From: Neoconidiobolus thromboides FSU 785
Taxonomy: Eukaryota; Fungi; Entomophthoromycota
DNA: 64,000 nucleotides
Assembly (NCBI GenBank): GCA_025603075.1
Contig: MU626258.1
Location: 349,828 to 413,827, forward strand
Direction of reading: 5' to 3'
Below, in pieces: positions 49,470 to 60,263 of this stretch; positions within the stretch are counted from its first letter, which is position 1; every line of letters begins with the position of its first letter. The translations under genes were made by a program, and so were the position numbers. Below the pieces are notes generated by a model. That model ran no database searches. It worked only from the letters and a program-made list of their open reading frames with translations, and had not been told where the DNA came from.

Positions 49470-51977
49470 ATGAATCTTAATCTTAGATCTGGTGACGTTG
49501 ATTGGGATTACTATGATTCTATTGAGACCTTAAATGAATTCCAAGAGCTTACGGTACCTTTAATAAATTTCATACATAAAACTGAAGCAGAATTTCCAAC
49601 TTTATCTGCTAAAGATTTATCACAATTTACAGCTTCTTTATTTCAATTTCAAGAAGATAATTTAGGTCGTCATTCTAACGATGACACTGGGTATCCCTTG
49701 GTAAGAATAAACGCCAAATTTTTTAGACCAAAAAAACCAAATTCAATTTTACTTTTTGCCCTATTGAAATCTTCATTTCAATATTTGGCTCTTCGTAAAT
49801 GTTTTGATTGGGATTTTGCAGATTCTAGTAAAAAGGATTTTTTTATAGGTTTACTAAAGCATGTTCACATATCCCTACAGAGTCAGAATTTAATTGCTGA
49901 TCCAAAAATTGCTTTTTCAGATGATGTACCACAGGAAAAAGTTCGAATTTTGACTGAAAAAGCTACAAAGCTTAGAGCAACAGTCGTCCAATCAAATGAC
50001 TCTCCTACCCATATAATACATTCAGCAGAGCAAAATGAGCCCCCAAGAGATAGTGATTGGTATCGGGTTCTTGATAAGCGTGGCGATAAAGCACTTTTGC
50101 ATTGGTTCTTTTATCCAGATTCTCATGATGCTTGGGTAAATGATTCATCAGATTATGTTATAGAAAATGAAACCACAACTGAAAAAAATAAACCCATCCA
50201 TGTTTCAGCCCGTTGGCTTGAAGATAGTTTGGATTTTAATGAGTGGATGAATGAAGAGGATTTTTTAGTTGATAATGAAGGGATATATGTTTACGACCCA
50301 AAGCTCAAAGCTTCCAAAAGAAAACCTGAGGCAGAAAGCAATGAAAATTCAGATGATCCTTCCAAAAAGCATAGAGCAGATGATAATATTCCTACAGCAA
50401 CTTTAATTAGTGGAGCTGATCAAGTTGAAGTAAATGAAATCGATGAATTAGTAAAGGTCAATAAAGGTGCTGCAAAAAGAGCCGAGCTTGAGCCAATCCA
50501 AGGTGGTGAGATCCTTAATATTTCATCTCAAATTGCAGATGATGCGTCAATGAACAAGGCTCCAACAGTTGATGGCGATGAGGGAGAAGAGCCAATAGCT
50601 AAACAGACTCATGAGATTATTATCCCAAGTTACTCTGCTTGGTTTGATATGGATAAGATTAACGAGATAGAAGAACGTTCATTACCAGAATTTTTCAATT
50701 CTAGAAACTCAAGTAAAACACCAACAATATACAAAGAATTTAGAGATTTCATGATTAATACTTACAGATTAAATCCAGTAGAGTATTTGACTGTAACTGC
50801 TTGTCGTAGAAATTTATCTGGTGATGTATGTGCTGTTATTAGGGTACATGCTTTCTTGGAGCAATGGGGTTTAATTAATTATCAAATCGACCCTATTTCT
50901 CGTCCTTCTGCGGTATTACCTCCTTTTACTGGCCATTTCAGAGTTACAGCAGATACACCACGTGGGCTCCAACCGTTTTTACCATCTACTTCAACCAATA
51001 TAAATCCAACTGCACCTAATGATGTCAGCTCAGCAGTAAAAACAGAAGTCAACCATGATCTTCGTAGAGATATTTATGAGCGAGTTGACCCACCTCAACT
51101 CAAAGCTTTCAATTGTGCTACATGTAACGTAGATTGTTCAAAGATCCGGTATTATAATATAAAAACAAAAGATGTTAGTATATGTCCAAACTGCTATTTG
51201 GAAGGACGATTCCCAACTAATCATTTCAGTGGTGATTTCTTAAAAATGGAAGAAAATATCCCTAAACCCTTTTCAAACGATGACTGGAATGAACAAGAAA
51301 CTTTACTCCTTTTAGAAGGTATTGAAATGCACCAAGAAGATTGGGACAAGGTTGCTGAACATGTTGGTTCTAGAGATCGTGAACAATGTATACTCAAATT
51401 CCTTCAACTTCCTATTGAAGATCCATATCTTGAAAATAACAAAACTGATGACCCACTTAAATTTAAGCGCTTACCATTTTCACAAGCAGATAATCCAGTT
51501 ATGTCTGTTGTGGCCTTTTTAGCATCTGCTGTTAACCCTGGTGTTGCCTCTGCTGCAGCACAAACTGCATTAAAAGAATTAGCTAAAGTAAACGGTAAAA
51601 CTGAGGGTCATGCAGATAATGAAGATGATCAAGAGATAAAAAATGAAAATGGGTCTGGGGACCATGTACCACAAAGCGGGGCCTTTTCTAAAGAGCATTT
51701 AAATAAAGTAGCCTCGGCAGCGTTGGGGTCGGCAGCAGGTAAAGCTAAAGTACTGGCAGATTATGAAGAAAAGGAGATTCAAAGGTTGGTATATGAAGTA
51801 GTTGATGCTCAGCTTCAAAAATTGGATTTAAAACTTACTCAATTCGAGGAGTTGGAAACATTATTAGAAACTGAAAGACAAGAACTTGAACGTCAAAAAT
51901 TACAAGTTTACCTTGAATACCTTAAACTTAAAGAAAATATCTTTGGTAATCAAGTACAAAATAATTCAAACAATTAA
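49470..51977 (+). CDS. SWI/SNF-RSC core subunit SMARCC/Rsc8/Swi3 (N-terminal module, SWIRM, ZZ, SANT, coiled coil), intronless
   Basis: It has SWIRM (IIIPSYSAWF...IEERSLPEFF...YRLNP.EYLTVTACRRNL.GDV...RVHAFLEQWGLINYQ), a ZZ-like CATCNVDC...ICPNC, SANT (WNEQETLLLLEG...W.KVAEHVG...QCILKFLQLPIEDPYL) and PFSQADNPVMS. Confidence 0.96.
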   Translation: MNLNLRSGDVDWDYYDSIETLNEFQELTVPLINFIHKTEAEFPTLSAKDLSQFTASLFQFQEDNLGRHSNDDTGYPLVRINAKFFRPKKPNSILLFALLKSSFQYLALRKCFDWDFADSSKKDFFIGLLKHVHISLQSQNLIADPKIAFSDDVPQEKVRILTEKATKLRATVVQSNDSPTHIIHSAEQNEPPRDSDWYRVLDKRGDKALLHWFFYPDSHDAWVNDSSDYVIENETTTEKNKPIHVSARWLEDSLDFNEWMNEEDFLVDNEGIYVYDPKLKASKRKPEAESNENSDDPSKKHRADDNIPTATLISGADQVEVNEIDELVKVNKGAAKRAELEPIQGGEILNISSQIADDASMNKAPTVDGDEGEEPIAKQTHEIIIPSYSAWFDMDKINEIEERSLPEFFNSRNSSKTPTIYKEFRDFMINTYRLNPVEYLTVTACRRNLSGDVCAVIRVHAFLEQWGLINYQIDPISRPSAVLPPFTGHFRVTADTPRGLQPFLPSTSTNINPTAPNDVSSAVKTEVNHDLRRDIYERVDPPQLKAFNCATCNVDCSKIRYYNIKTKDVSICPNCYLEGRFPTNHFSGDFLKMEENIPKPFSNDDWNEQETLLLLEGIEMHQEDWDKVAEHVGSRDREQCILKFLQLPIEDPYLENNKTDDPLKFKRLPFSQADNPVMSVVAFLASAVNPGVASAAAQTALKELAKVNGKTEGHADNEDDQEIKNENGSGDHVPQSGAFSKEHLNKVASAALGSAAGKAKVLADYEEKEIQRLVYEVVDAQLQKLDLKLTQFEELETLLETERQELERQKLQVYLEYLKLKENIFGNQVQNNSNN

Positions 51978-52173
51978 AGTGGTATTAAAATAGTACCTAT
52001 TTTTTGTTTTAATATTCCTATATTTGAATATATATCTCTACTCGCAATCAAAATTAACTTAAATTTTATTATTCTTTTTAATAAAATTTAATTTTTCTAA
52101 ATATTAATTTGCTAATTTTAAAATCCGAATTTTACAAAATTGTCAATTTTTTTCAGTCATTTTATTTTTAAAA

Positions 52174-53292
52174 ATGTTTCAATTCGAGAATTTAACTCCA
52201 AACAATATATTAGAAATAGTTGAGTATCTAGATGCACAAGATCTCGTTAACCTTTCACATAGCAATTCCTATCTTTTTAATTTGTTTAAAGAAAACCAGA
52301 TTTGGAAAAGGTATAGATAGTGTATTACTTATACAAGACATTACTAACAAAGTAATTAGGAATTTAAAAGTGATAGATTTAACTCAACATAGAATATGGG
52401 ATCTTTTATTCGAAAGTAAAGTATTAGATTTAAATGAGTTAGAACGTATTTTAGCTCCAAGAGAAGATTTCAAATTTATTGTTATAGAACAATTAAGGAT
52501 AGAAAATCAACAAAGTACTTGTAGTGGAAATAGTGAACCAAAAGAGATGATCGAAATTCAGAATTTGATTCATCAATTTCGTAATACACAAGATTTCCAA
52601 TTAATCTATAAAATTATAAGTAGAGCATTTGATTTATTATGGTTTTATCCTATATATTCTATTTATTTTATTGCTTTTATAACTTTTATTTTAAATATAC
52701 CTAAAATTTCAATTGAAATTATTGAGTTGGGTTTAACTTTTGATGACATGTTCGAGCCTCTTTTAGGTATGATTAGTTTTTAGTCACTCTATTTTGTCTT
52801 TAAGTTTTAATTTATAGAGTTAAAGAAAGAAGTACAGGATTTATTGAATGGATTAGAAGGAGAAGGTATGTATTTTATAATAGTTTGTTACTTATTAATT
52901 TTGCTTTAGGCCAAGTTCCATTATTAGAAAACAATGAACTCAGTGCTAAAATGAAGGGCGTAGTAAGAACAATATTTCTTCGCTATGTAAAACCTGGAAC
53001 AAGAAAAATGGATATTAATGGATTACAACATTTTATTACTACTACAAACAAAGGGGTAACACCACCTAGAGAGTTTGTTGAACATGTTTTTTATAATTTT
53101 GCGGAAGGAAATGGTAGAAATATAGCCATTTCTATTGATGGATTTGAAGCTTTTTACTTAAATCTAGCACTATCGGATCCCACTGAAACTCGACAAGATT
53201 TATCTCAACATGGTTTTGAACCTTCATTTTTGGAATCGACAAATGAGATGGATGCTACTAGAGCAAGGATTGATAAATTAAGTTTACATTAA
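52174..53292 (+). CDS. F-box protein with a helical (TPR-like) middle region and an EF-hand-like C-terminal domain, 4 exons
   Basis: The spliced N-terminus MFQFENLTPNNILEIVEYLDAQDLVNLSHSNSYLFNLFKENQIWKR is F-box-like. The C-terminal IF.RY...MDINGLQHFI...ISIDGFEAFY...SDPTET.QDL..HGF is EF-hand-like. Confidence 0.68.
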
Positions 53293-53815
53293 TAAAAATA
53301 GACAACAAGTGTAATTTGTTTTATAAAAATAAAAGATTGTTTTTATAATAGACGTTGCTATATACAATTAAACCAAAGTCAAAATTTTATTATTTTAAAT
53401 ATCAAATGATTTAAAAGTAACATAGATTTTTAATGATAAGAGGAATTGTTTATTAGTTTGGATATTCATAGTTTTATGGTTGAGCCTGAATTAGTTGTCA
53501 TGTTCTAACTTTAATTGGCATTTAATGATAGCTTCTTTAATATTATATTAATAAGTAAATTTGATTTTAACATTAATTTAGCAACCTTTAAATAACTTAA
53601 TTCCCATAATTTATGATGCAAGCATAAATTACTGATTTGATAGGCTAAAATTGAATTAACTTTAGTTATCTACCAATAATTACACTTAATTATAGCTGAA
53701 TTATGTAGACTAGTCAAATGTGAAAGGTTTACTGTCAGAAAATTTCTAAAAGATAATTTGCTAGATTTAAGTGTGGGTTAACTCAACTTAACCTTTACTT
53801 TTATCACTCAATATA

Positions 53816-55641
53816 ATGGATTATAACAATAACGTTTATTATTCCAACAAGTATCAACCAGAAAACGAATTAAATTCAGAAACTCAAAACAATGAACCAA
53901 GTACAACTAATTATGAAAAAAATTATTATGGTGCTAATGAAATAAGTGACTATTCAAAACCATATCAACACACTTATGATCCAAGTTTTCAAAATGATAC
54001 TACTTCGATGGACCCTTTTGTTGAAAAAAATAGATACGATGGGCTAAAGGTTGAAGAAAATCAGGGTCAATTTGTGGGAAAAAATAAAGAAGAAAAAGAG
54101 AAGAAAGACAAAGAAGATGCCAAGTTATATATTGAGCATGAAACATTTGAAGAAGATAAGATAGAATTCTTTATGAAAGAATGTGATTTAAGGTGACTAT
54201 TTTTAATTTTAGTTTATTTTTTTATATTAACTTTTTTAGTCTTGCAAACGCCTTACGTCGTACTATTATATCCGATGTTCCAACACTTGGTATTTATTTT
54301 GGCTTATATTAAGCTAAAAAAATGATTAATTGTTTATGAATTATAGCTATTGATATGGTAGAGATCGAATCCAATACTTCGGTTTTAGTAGATGAGTTTC
54401 TAGCACATAGATTAGGATTGGTGCCTATTGATAGTACTCAAGCAGATAGACTTAAATATACTAGAGTAAGAATTTGATTTTTGATTTTTGATTTTATAGT
54501 GTTAAAAAACATCAAGGAGTGTTCATGTGCACAATATTGTCCAAGTTGTTCCGTTGTATTTAAATTAGATATACGTTGTGATACCAAAGATACTTTAATT
54601 GTTACAAGTCGTCATTTGACCAGTTCCGATTCTTCAATTTTACCCGTTGTAACAGGTAAAATTAAAATTAAAATTAAAATTAAAATTAAAATTTGTATTA
54701 ATTATTTTAAGGTCCTACTGATCCTGGAGTAACTTTGGTAAAGTTACGTAAAGGACAAGAAGTGAAATTGACTTGTATTGCTAAAAAAGTAAATAGGTTT
54801 ATTCTGTAATGTGCTTTTTATTTAATTTGTTTTTTAAAATATAGGGAATTTCTAAAGAGCATGCTAAATGGAGCCCTGTAACTGCTATTGGATTCGAATA
54901 TGATCCATATAACAATTTAAGGCATCTTTCTTATTGGGTTGAAGAAGATGAAAAAGAATGGTAAATCAAATATCAAAATAGCAATGAATTTTTAATCAAA
55001 ATAATGAATAGGCCATTAAGCAAAAATGCATTAGAAGAAAAGCGGGATGAATGTAATACAAAAATATCAAGTTATTTGTTTATATTTAATATTTTATAGT
55101 TTATGATTATTTTAAAAAACCAACTAAATTTTATATGGAGGTAGAAGTAAGTTAATTTATCCTTTTGAATTATTAAATATAACAAGTGAAATTAATTTGT
55201 TAGACTACAGGTGTTTTAAAAGCCGAAGAGGTTGTATCTAGTGCTTTTAATATTTTAGAGACGAAATTACATTTGTTACAAAATTGCCTCGCAGAAGAAG
55301 CACCTTTAATTGAAGCTAAATTCTATCCGAAAGTAGATAAAGATGGTAAACCAATAGTTGATAATAATGGAAATGAAGGTGGTTATAATCCAAGTGCATT
55401 TAATCCAAGTAACAATGAAGGTACTTATAACGGAGGTACTTATAATGGAAGTACTTATAATGGAAGTACTTATAATGGCGGTATCTATAATGGAGATAAT
55501 TATAATCAAGATACTTATAATCCAGGTGTTTATAATAGAGATAATACTAATGAAAATACCTCCAATCAAGGTGTTTATAATCCAAGTAATTATAATCCAG
55601 GTGTTTATAACCCAAGTACTTTCAATGAAGATAATATTTAA
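53816..55641 (+). CDS. RPB3: RNA polymerase II subunit Rpb3, with N- and C-terminal extensions
   Basis: It contains [44 protein letters not shown], the Zn loop [37 protein letters not shown] and YDPYNNLRH. Confidence 0.96.
54658..54693. repeat. (AAAATT)n hexanucleotide microsatellite in an RPB3 intron
   Basis: About six direct units. Confidence 0.85.
55379..55626 (+). repeat. Coding 15-bp-unit repeat encoding the x-x-Y-N-(G/P/Q) pentapeptide tail of Rpb3
   Basis: The translation reads [40 protein letters not shown] ... [15 protein letters not shown]. Confidence 0.9.
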
Positions 55642-56651
55642 AATTTAAAAAAAGTAACTAATTTCCCTAAAAATTTTCAAATCGATTTGTAGTACCATTG
55701 CTTTTTATTTAAACAAAGATTGTTAAGTTGTTAGAATTTATAAAGCTAATTTAATTTAATAAAAATAAAAATTGAGTTTGATATGTTTGTTTTAAATGCT
55801 CTATATTTCTTATAATTTTATTGTATTGAAAATGAATTGAATTATTTTATCATTATATGTTTAATTTTATATATCATTAATGTTTAAAAAATGTTATGTT
55901 ATTTTGATTTTTGAATACAAAATGTAATATTAAATAATTTAAAAATACTTAAATTTAATGAATGAGATCTTAATAAATCTGATTAAAAAAAAACAGTAAT
56001 ATCATATTAAAAGTATTTGAAATCAATCTTTCTCAAAAAGAATTATTAATAAAAGCAGAAAATATGTGTGATTAAAATAGAATCTATTAAATTACTAAAT
56101 AATCTCTAAATTTTATGCTATTCATTTACTTTTATTTTAAACACACTAAAATCCACTACTTTAAAATTAAATAAAGTTCTTGCATTAATATAAAAATAAA
56201 AAACTTTTCTTTTTTAACCTATGTTAAGAATAATATATTCAAATACATTTTTTTATACATTTGATTCATTAAAATAAACTTGATTTAAATTCATACAGTC
56301 AATCAGAGAACAGTTATTATAATATTTATTTTATAACAACCATAGTTAAATTAAAATTTCCAATAAATTAATAGTCTATTAATGATGTAATAAAAAAAGT
56401 AATTTTAAATATTTGACAGGTGAAAAAATTCAATTAAACACCACTCCATATAATTAAACAATAAGAATGACTATTTTTAGCAATGCAATTTAAATAGCTT
56501 TACCCTAAAAATACTAAGTTATAAAATTTAAAGCGCCACTATTAATTGACTTAAAAGAAATCTAAGAACTTGGAAATTTAAATTCTATAAATTGATTTTC
56601 TTTTATTATTAAAATTCTACTTTTTTTTGTAAATAAAATAAAACTCAAGTT

Positions 56652-59600
56652 ATGACATCGACATCCACCTCCACTCTTAGTAGTAATGGTCTAAATAGTC
56701 AAATAGGCGCTTCTAATATGTATACCCGATTAGAATGTGTAGGTCGGGGAGCATATGGGGAAGTATATAAAGGGTAAATTTCTAAATTTTGAAGTAATAT
56801 CAAGTGAAATACTCACCTTTCATCTCATCTAGAATGGATCGAAGAACAGCCAAAGTAGTAGCTATAAAAATTTTAAATATGGACACGGATCAAGAAGAGA
56901 TAATTGATACTCAACGAGAAATTGGTTTATTATCTCAATTACAAGGCGCTGAAAGTTGTAATATCACTAGATATCATGGTTCTTTTTTAGAAGGTTCTAA
57001 ATTATGGGTCATTATGGATTATGCAGCTGGTGGCTCCATTCGTGGGTTGGTAAGTAGTTATTAATTAATTTAATTAAATTATAAATTTAAATTAATTATT
57101 TAGATGAAATCTTCTGTTATTGATGAAAAATGTATATCAATTATTGTTCGAGAGGTTTTATTATCCTTGGATTATATTCATAAACAAGGTATTATTCATA
57201 GGGACATTAAAGGTAATCATTTTATTTTTAATCCAAATTGGTAATTAGTTCTAATTACTTTGTTAGCTGCCAATATTTTATTAACTGAAAGTGGTCAAGT
57301 ACAATTATGTGATTTTGGTATAGCAAGAACCATATCTTTTAATTCAGTAAAACGGTATAGTTTTGTTGGGACCCCTTACTGGATGGCACCTGAAGTAATA
57401 ACGGAAGGTTCACCTTACAATCAAAAAGCGGATATTTGGTCATTAGGTATAACAGTCTATGAAATTGCATTAGGAAATCCACCTTATGCAGAACATGATC
57501 CAAAAACTGCATTAATGATGTTGGCTCAAGGTAAACCTCCTAGACTTACTGGGCCTTTTTCATCCCAGCTTAAAGATTTTGTTTCAATGTGTTTAACTTT
57601 TAACCCAGAAGAAGTAAGTTAAAGTGAAATTTTGTATAAAAAATAAGTTCATTAATTATTTAGAGACCTACAGCAGAAGAATTACTTAAATGTAAATTTA
57701 TTAAGGCTTATGCTAAATGTCATTATTCCCATTTAAAAGATCTTTTAACTCGACATGAAAAATTCAAAATGAGTCGAAGTACAAGAGCATCCTATATAGC
57801 TTCTATAGAAGTACCCAATGATCTAGAGTAATTTGTTTTATTGATTGATAATATTGATATTAATTTTATAGTGATGATTCGGATGATGATGATGTTGAAT
57901 CTCTTTGGAATTTTGATACTGTTAAATCTAGAAATTACAAAGATAATTCTATTTTACATGAAAATATGGGGGAAAGTTTCGCCATTTCAAGAACATCCAA
58001 TGGGTCTTATTCAAATACAATGAAATTTAATCTAACAGATACTATTAGAAATACAGTCAGAGAAAGAATACCAGCAAAGTTAAATTATAATAATATTGTT
58101 AATAATAACAACAACAATTCATCACCAGTTGATAATCATCCATTAGTTAAAATATTTTATGATTCAAATAAATCAAATATTAATATTAAAAGTCAAAAAT
58201 TTAATAATAATATTAATAATAGTAATAATATAGATAGCTCAACAAATTTTAATACATTTCATTCAGTAAATGAATCTAATACATTACCAATAACAATTAG
58301 TGTTACTCAAAATAAAGCAAATAATACACCATCAATTCATTCTCAAAGAAGTAATTCTAATTTAAGTAAAACTGAAAGTGAAACATCCAATAAATCATTA
58401 GACGTATTCAATAACAATTCAAATAATAATAGTAACAATTTAAATAAATCAAATACATCTTCGCCAAAGATTAATAATTTAAATTCGCCAAGTTATCAGC
58501 CAAAATCATCATTACGTCCAATAAGTCAACGTACTAAATTACCTATTCAACAACAACAGCAACAATTAGATAACTCAAAGCCAATTTTAATGACAAGGCA
58601 AATATCTGCTGATGCTCATGTTGTTTATTCACAAAAATTAGCGACTACTAGTCATGAAATATTAAATACACAAAATGAGTTAAATCAATCTAATTCAAAA
58701 CAATTGAAATTTAAAGACAATAAATTATCAACCATAAATCCCAATTTAAATAATTCAATTAATAATAATGACAATAATAATAATAATAATAACAAACCTA
58801 ATTTATATAAAAGGAGATCTAAATCTTTTTCACATATTCGAAATAATAACAACTCTAATCAAAATAATGAAACAGATTCAATAAAATCATTTAATCCACC
58901 TAACTCTGTTAAGTCATTAAGAAATATATTAAAAGACCGAAGTTTGAATAATCCAAGTTCACCTTATTTTAATAATTTAGATAATAATAAAACATTATCT
59001 TCGAGTCCCATATTATCAAAACCAAAATCTAATCAATCTAAATTATCAGAACAATCCTTTTTTACTAGTAAATCTTTGATTCAAAAATCTTCTTCAGCTT
59101 TATTTGTTGGCCATTCACCTCCTAAATTAACATTAAATCATTTATTAGAGGATGATAGTTTATTAGTTGATAATATTAATTCTATTGAAAATACGTTGTC
59201 TCCTATTAGCTCATCAATAGAATCTATTAAACCTAAGCCAAGATTAAAATTAATTGCACCAAAAACAAAAGTAATTATTTTATTTTATTTTACTTATTAA
59301 TTTTTAAATATACATAATAATTTTAATATTTTATAGGAAATAATTTCTAAATTTTCTACTCCTGATACACCTAGCATAAGTAGTTTATTACATATAGCAT
59401 CTAACAATAGTCAACCAAGCTCAACAATTTCTAAACTAGAAACTAACAATACAAGTAGTAGTTCTGCATTTTCAATGATATCTTCGAATAGTCAATTATC
59501 CACACCTAATTCATCTTTAGAAACTAAAGGTATTATTAATTCTGAATTTGTTGCTTCTCCACTATCTTCAATTTCTTTACGTGCACCAGGGCTATTGGAG

Positions 59601-59792
59601 TTAATTAGTTTAGAGAACAATAATGAATTAGAATTGCCAGATATTAAAGTGATTCCTTATCAATTGATGAATAACCCAAAAGAATTGAAATTGGAATGTA
59701 AGTCAATGGCCTTAGATTTAATTTATTGGCTAGATAAATTAGACCATTGTTTTGAAGAAACTAAAGTTATTGAGTTTTTTTCAAAAGGATGA
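56652..59792 (+). CDS. KIC1: Ste20/GCK-family Ser/Thr kinase, Kic1/Nak1-like, with a long N/S-rich C-terminal region
   Basis: It contains VGRGAYGEVYKG, VAIKILNMD, HRDIKAANILL, LCDFG and GTPYWMAPEVI, split by short introns. Confidence 0.88.
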
Positions 59793-59940
59793 GAAGTAAT
59801 TCAAACATAATTATTAATATTGTTATTTAGATTATTTATTATTTATTATTTTTTAATTAGTAAACTTTTTGATCATTTTTTTTAAATGTATATTTTATAT
59901 TTTACTTTTAGACTTTTAAATTTATTTTAATTATAGAATA

Positions 59941-60041
59941 TACGGGAGTGTTTTTTTTAACTTCATTATTTTTTCCATTTTTTAAGTGCTATTTGAGCGG
60001 AAAGTTTGTTAATAAAATTAAAACAAAAACACATCCTTATA
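59941..60041 (+). mobile_element. MITE-like copy 19
   Basis: Reads TACGGGAGTGTTTT...AAACACATCCTTATA. Confidence 0.86.
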
Positions 60042-60142
60042 TGGTGATGTTTTTTTAGTTTGATTATTTTTTCTATCTTTTAAGCGCTATTTGAGCAGAA
60101 GATTTGTTAGTAAAATTCTTAAACAAAGAAATACATCCCATA
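60040..60142 (+). mobile_element. MITE-like copy 20 (head-to-tail with copy 19, sharing one TA)
   Basis: Reads TATGGTGATGTTTT...AAATACATCCCATA. Confidence 0.86.
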
Positions 60143-60263
60143 CGTTATAAGTTATTAAATAATTTAAATTTAAAAAATATTAAAATAATTTCTATTTTAA
60201 AATACTATGTCTTTATATATATAAAGTAAGTTTAGAAGGTAAATCTATGACCTAATACCTTCC

